33,863 bases of DNA. Source: Gaiellales bacterium (lineage in GTDB: Bacteria > Actinomycetota > Thermoleophilia > Gaiellales > JAICJC01). Below are positions 31,869-33,863 of the stretch, in pieces (within the stretch, counting starts at the first letter, position 1; each line of letters opens with the position of its first letter). The notes beneath the pieces are model-generated. The model was not told the DNA's origin. It made no database searches and saw only the letters and a program-made list of their open reading frames with translations. The stretch lies in NCBI GenBank assembly GCA_050698235.1, contig JBOHBE010000202.1:1-33863 (forward strand). The letters run 5' to 3'. Made by a program: the position numbers and the translations under genes.

Positions 31869-32633
31869 TCGGGGGACCGACCCCGCGCGCATGGCCGCCC
31901 GCATCCCGCCGTCGACGAGCAGCACGGCGCCGTTCACGAAGGCCGAATCCTCCGACGCGAGGAAGACTGCGGCGGCGGCGACGTCCGCCGCCTCTCCGAT
32001 CCGGCCGAGCGGCGGCGTGGGCCAGGACGACGGGTCGTCTCCGCGCTCGTCCTCGCCCGGCGCGAGCATCTCGCGCATCCCGGGCGCGATGTCGCCGGGG
32101 CAGACCACGTTCGAGCGCACGCCGCGCCGGCCGCAATCGACGGCGAGCATCTTGCCGAGCATGATGACCGCCGCCTTCGACACCGAGTAGGCGCCGATCG
32201 GATCCTCTCCGATCACGCCGGCGTCCGAGGCGATGTGGATCATCGCGCCGCGGCGCCGCTCGAGGTGCGGCAGGCAGGCGCGCGCGTATCGCAGGCAGCC
32301 GGTGACGTTCACGTCGAGGATCAGGTTGAGCTGCTCGGGCGAGGTGTCGGCGAGCGGGCCGACGAGCCCCGTCCCGGCGTTGCAGACGAGCACATCCAGG
32401 CCGCCGAGCTCCTCGACCGCCGCGGCCACCGCCCGGGCGGTGTCGCCGTCCGAGCGCACGTCGGCCTCGATGAACGTCGCCCCGGCCTCGCGGGCGACCT
32501 CCGCACCACGCCCCTCGTCGCGGCCCGTGAACGCCACCGCGGCGCCCTCGGCGGTGAAGCGGCGCACCATCTCCGCACCGAGCCCCGACGTTCCGCCCGT
32601 GACGAGTGCCGCCTTGCCGGCCAGCCGTGGCAT
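31860..32633 (-). CDS. Short-chain dehydrogenase/reductase (SDR) family oxidoreductase
   Basis: ATG start at 32633, 257 aa. The cofactor motif is ALVTGGTSGLG, followed by NAG and the catalytic YSVSKAAV, with VCPG and LLVDGG later. Confidence 0.93.
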   Translation of the reverse strand: MPRLAGKAALVTGGTSGLGAEMVRRFTAEGAAVAFTGRDEGRGAEVAREAGATFIEADVRSDGDTARAVAAAVEELGGLDVLVCNAGTGLVGPLADTSPEQLNLILDVNVTGCLRYARACLPHLERRRGAMIHIASDAGVIGEDPIGAYSVSKAAVIMLGKMLAVDCGRRGVRSNVVCPGDIAPGMREMLAPGEDERGDDPSSWPTPPLGRIGEAADVAAAAVFLASEDSAFVNGAVLLVDGGMRAAMRAGSVPRDD

Positions 32634-32657
32634 CCGCGGCAGCCTACCGAGTGGTGG

Positions 32658-33026
32658 CTAGGCGAGCGAGGGCAGCGTCATGTCGGCGAGCGTCGCGCCG
32701 CCGAGCACCCGGAGGGTCGGGTCCATGTCGGCCATCCGCCCTGCCACGACATCCTCGAGCTGGGCCTCGGCCTCGAGCGCCAGCTCCCTGCCGGCGTCGG
32801 TCAGCTCCGTCCGGCCGAACGCGCCACGGCGGATAGCGATGCCGCGCGCGCAGAGACGGAGCGCAAGCTGCTTGGCCTGGCTCGGGCTGGCCGAAAGCTG
32901 ATCTGCCAGGCGCGTCGTCTCGATGGGCTCGGCGCCGTGCAGGAGGAGCAGGGCGTAGAGCTCCATCGGGCGGAGGTCGAGGCCACGGGCGACCTCGAGC
33001 ACCGCCCGGTCAAGCGCCCTGACCAT
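32658..33026 (-). CDS. MarR-family transcriptional regulator
   Basis: A winged-HTH pattern is present (LRPMELYALLLLHGAEPIETTRLADQLSASPSQAKQLALRLCARGIAIRR...LTDAGREL). The start is uncertain. ATG 33026 gives 122 aa and ATG 33131 gives 157 aa. The 35 codons between them have clearly lower GC3 (11 of 35 end in A/T), so I prefer 33026. Confidence 0.8.
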   Translation of the reverse strand: MVRALDRAVLEVARGLDLRPMELYALLLLHGAEPIETTRLADQLSASPSQAKQLALRLCARGIAIRRGAFGRTELTDAGRELALEAEAQLEDVVAGRMADMDPTLRVLGGATLADMTLPSLA

Positions 33027-33206
33027 CCGCAGCCCCGCCGGCACGTCATGTGAGGAGAGGGAGGGGGATCTTCCATTCACAACGGTGAACCGATCGGAGC
33101 TACGGAGGTCAGGAGGCTGCGTTGCCACCATGTGGGATTGTGACGATCCTGTCGGAGTACGCCCTCCCCGTAATGCGGTATTCGCCTGGATCCAATGGTG
33201 AGCCCT

Positions 33207-33228
33207 GGTGGTAATCCTGATTACCACC
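33207..33228. promoter_or_regulatory. Perfect palindrome GGTGGTAATC-ct-GATTACCACC upstream of the MarR gene (operator candidate; alternatively a hairpin after the ABC permease gene)
   Basis: Read directly from the sequence: 10-bp arms with a 2-nt spacer. It lies 12 nt downstream of the ABC-2 permease stop (33240-33242), and 76 or 181 nt upstream of the two candidate MarR starts. Confidence 0.45.
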
Positions 33229-33239
33229 TAACCAGCCGC

Positions 33240-33863
33240 TCATCCCGCGACGTCGCGACGCAGGAAGTGCGCCCACGCGATGACCAGCGCCGGCACTGCG
33301 TACACCAGCGAGATGTAGGCCGCGTGGACAACGGGCCCCCAGTCGAGCGGCGTGCGGAAGAGCGCCTGCCAGGCCTGGAGCTGGGCCGTCAGCATCCACC
33401 GCTGAGCGGCGTCCGAATCGAGGACCGGAATGATCTGCGTGAGCTGCATCAGGAGGGCGGCGAGCAGCGTGCCGACGACGGCGCCCGCGCTGTTTCGGCT
33501 CACCGTCGACAGCAGCACGGCGATGGCAGCGATCCCGAGCGCCGGCAATGAGTAGACGGCGAAGCTCCCCGCGATGAGGAGCAGCGCGCGCGACGGCGAG
33601 ACCACCGTCGAGAACGTCGGCAGCGGATCGAAGCCGCTCGCGACGCCCCCGGCGACGATGCTGGAGGCGACCATGATGAGGAGGGCGGCGAGCACGTACG
33701 TGAACGCCGCTCCGACCTTGGCCGCGAAGATCGCACTCCGCCCGGCCGACCGGGTCAGGATCGTCTTGAGCGTGCGGTTGCCATCCTCGGCCGCGACGAT
33801 GTCGCCCGCGACGAGCGCCGCGACCAGCGGGAAGAGCCAGACCGATGCGAAGAGCAGCATCAG
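33240..33863 (-). CDS. ABC-2-type transporter permease (C-terminal part; 5' end beyond the window)
   Basis: The ORF is open to the window edge. The sequence reads FPLVAALVAGDIVAAEDGNRTLKTILTRS..., followed by four or five hydrophobic helices, which is typical of ABC2_membrane-type permeases. GC3 is high. Confidence 0.8.
   Translation of the reverse strand: MMLLFASVWLFPLVAALVAGDIVAAEDGNRTLKTILTRSAGRSAIFAAKVGAAFTYVLAALLIMVASSIVAGGVASGFDPLPTFSTVVSPSRALLLIAGSFAVYSLPALGIAAIAVLLSTVSRNSAGAVVGTLLAALLMQLTQIIPVLDSDAAQRWMLTAQLQAWQALFRTPLDWGPVVHAAYISLVYAVPALVIAWAHFLRRDVAG

Noticed and set aside
1-33863. CRISPR arrays, tRNA/rRNA genes, IS elements, integrases and prophage genes.
   Set aside because: No regularly spaced direct repeats were seen. 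No intergenic region longer than 340 nt exists to host them. No transposase-, integrase- or recombinase-like translations appear in the six-frame track.

Overview
This is a GC-rich chromosomal segment. Real reading frames carry G/C at nearly every third codon position, GTG/TTG starts are frequent, and several genes look leaderless. Together these point to Actinomycetota, possibly a Thermoleophilia/Conexibacter-like lineage, but that is a low-confidence guess. I support about 33 protein-coding genes. By eye I found no rRNA, tRNA, CRISPR array, transposase, integrase or phage genes. All family calls rest on motifs I recognise in the supplied translations; no database search was run.

The window falls into three neighbourhoods:
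- **1-8.7 kb, membrane, redox and signalling genes.** A frameshifted TMEM175/DUF1211 channel gene, a UPF0104 membrane protein, an MBL hydrolase, a Tat-Rieske protein, a secreted cyclase-family hydrolase, a 1125-aa zinc-ribbon/class III nucleotide cyclase/STAND-ATPase/TPR protein, a DsbA-like protein and a RibD_C-like protein.
- **8.7-16.1 kb, a secreted/envelope cluster.** A DltD/SGNH-like protein translationally coupled to an MBOAT acyltransferase, a 7-blade RCC1 propeller, a phosphoesterase, a lipoprotein and an FN3-FN3-beta-helix protein. An orphan CheW follows.
- **16.6-33.1 kb, amine-metabolism genes.** Two tandem PYROXD2/CrtI-like flavoproteins lie divergent from a stand-alone GcvT-like aminomethyltransferase plus a J-domain/zinc-ribbon protein. 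Next come a PotD-like binding protein with an Amidase_3, a CBS pair and a small membrane protein. These are followed by a CGNR regulator and a tightly overlapped operon (GSA-aminomutase-like transaminase, PuuD-like amidohydrolase, omega-transaminase). An unassigned Rossmann-like protein, an APC permease, an SDR and a MarR complete it.

The best candidates for something undescribed are:
- the split flavoprotein/GcvT-like module, a possible N-methylamine demethylase;
- the incomplete gamma-glutamyl-type amine operon with its unknown Rossmann partner;
- the MBOAT/DltD-like/RCC1 cluster;
- a 258-bp segment bounded by inverted repeats between the SDR and the permease.

All four are hypotheses, not demonstrations.
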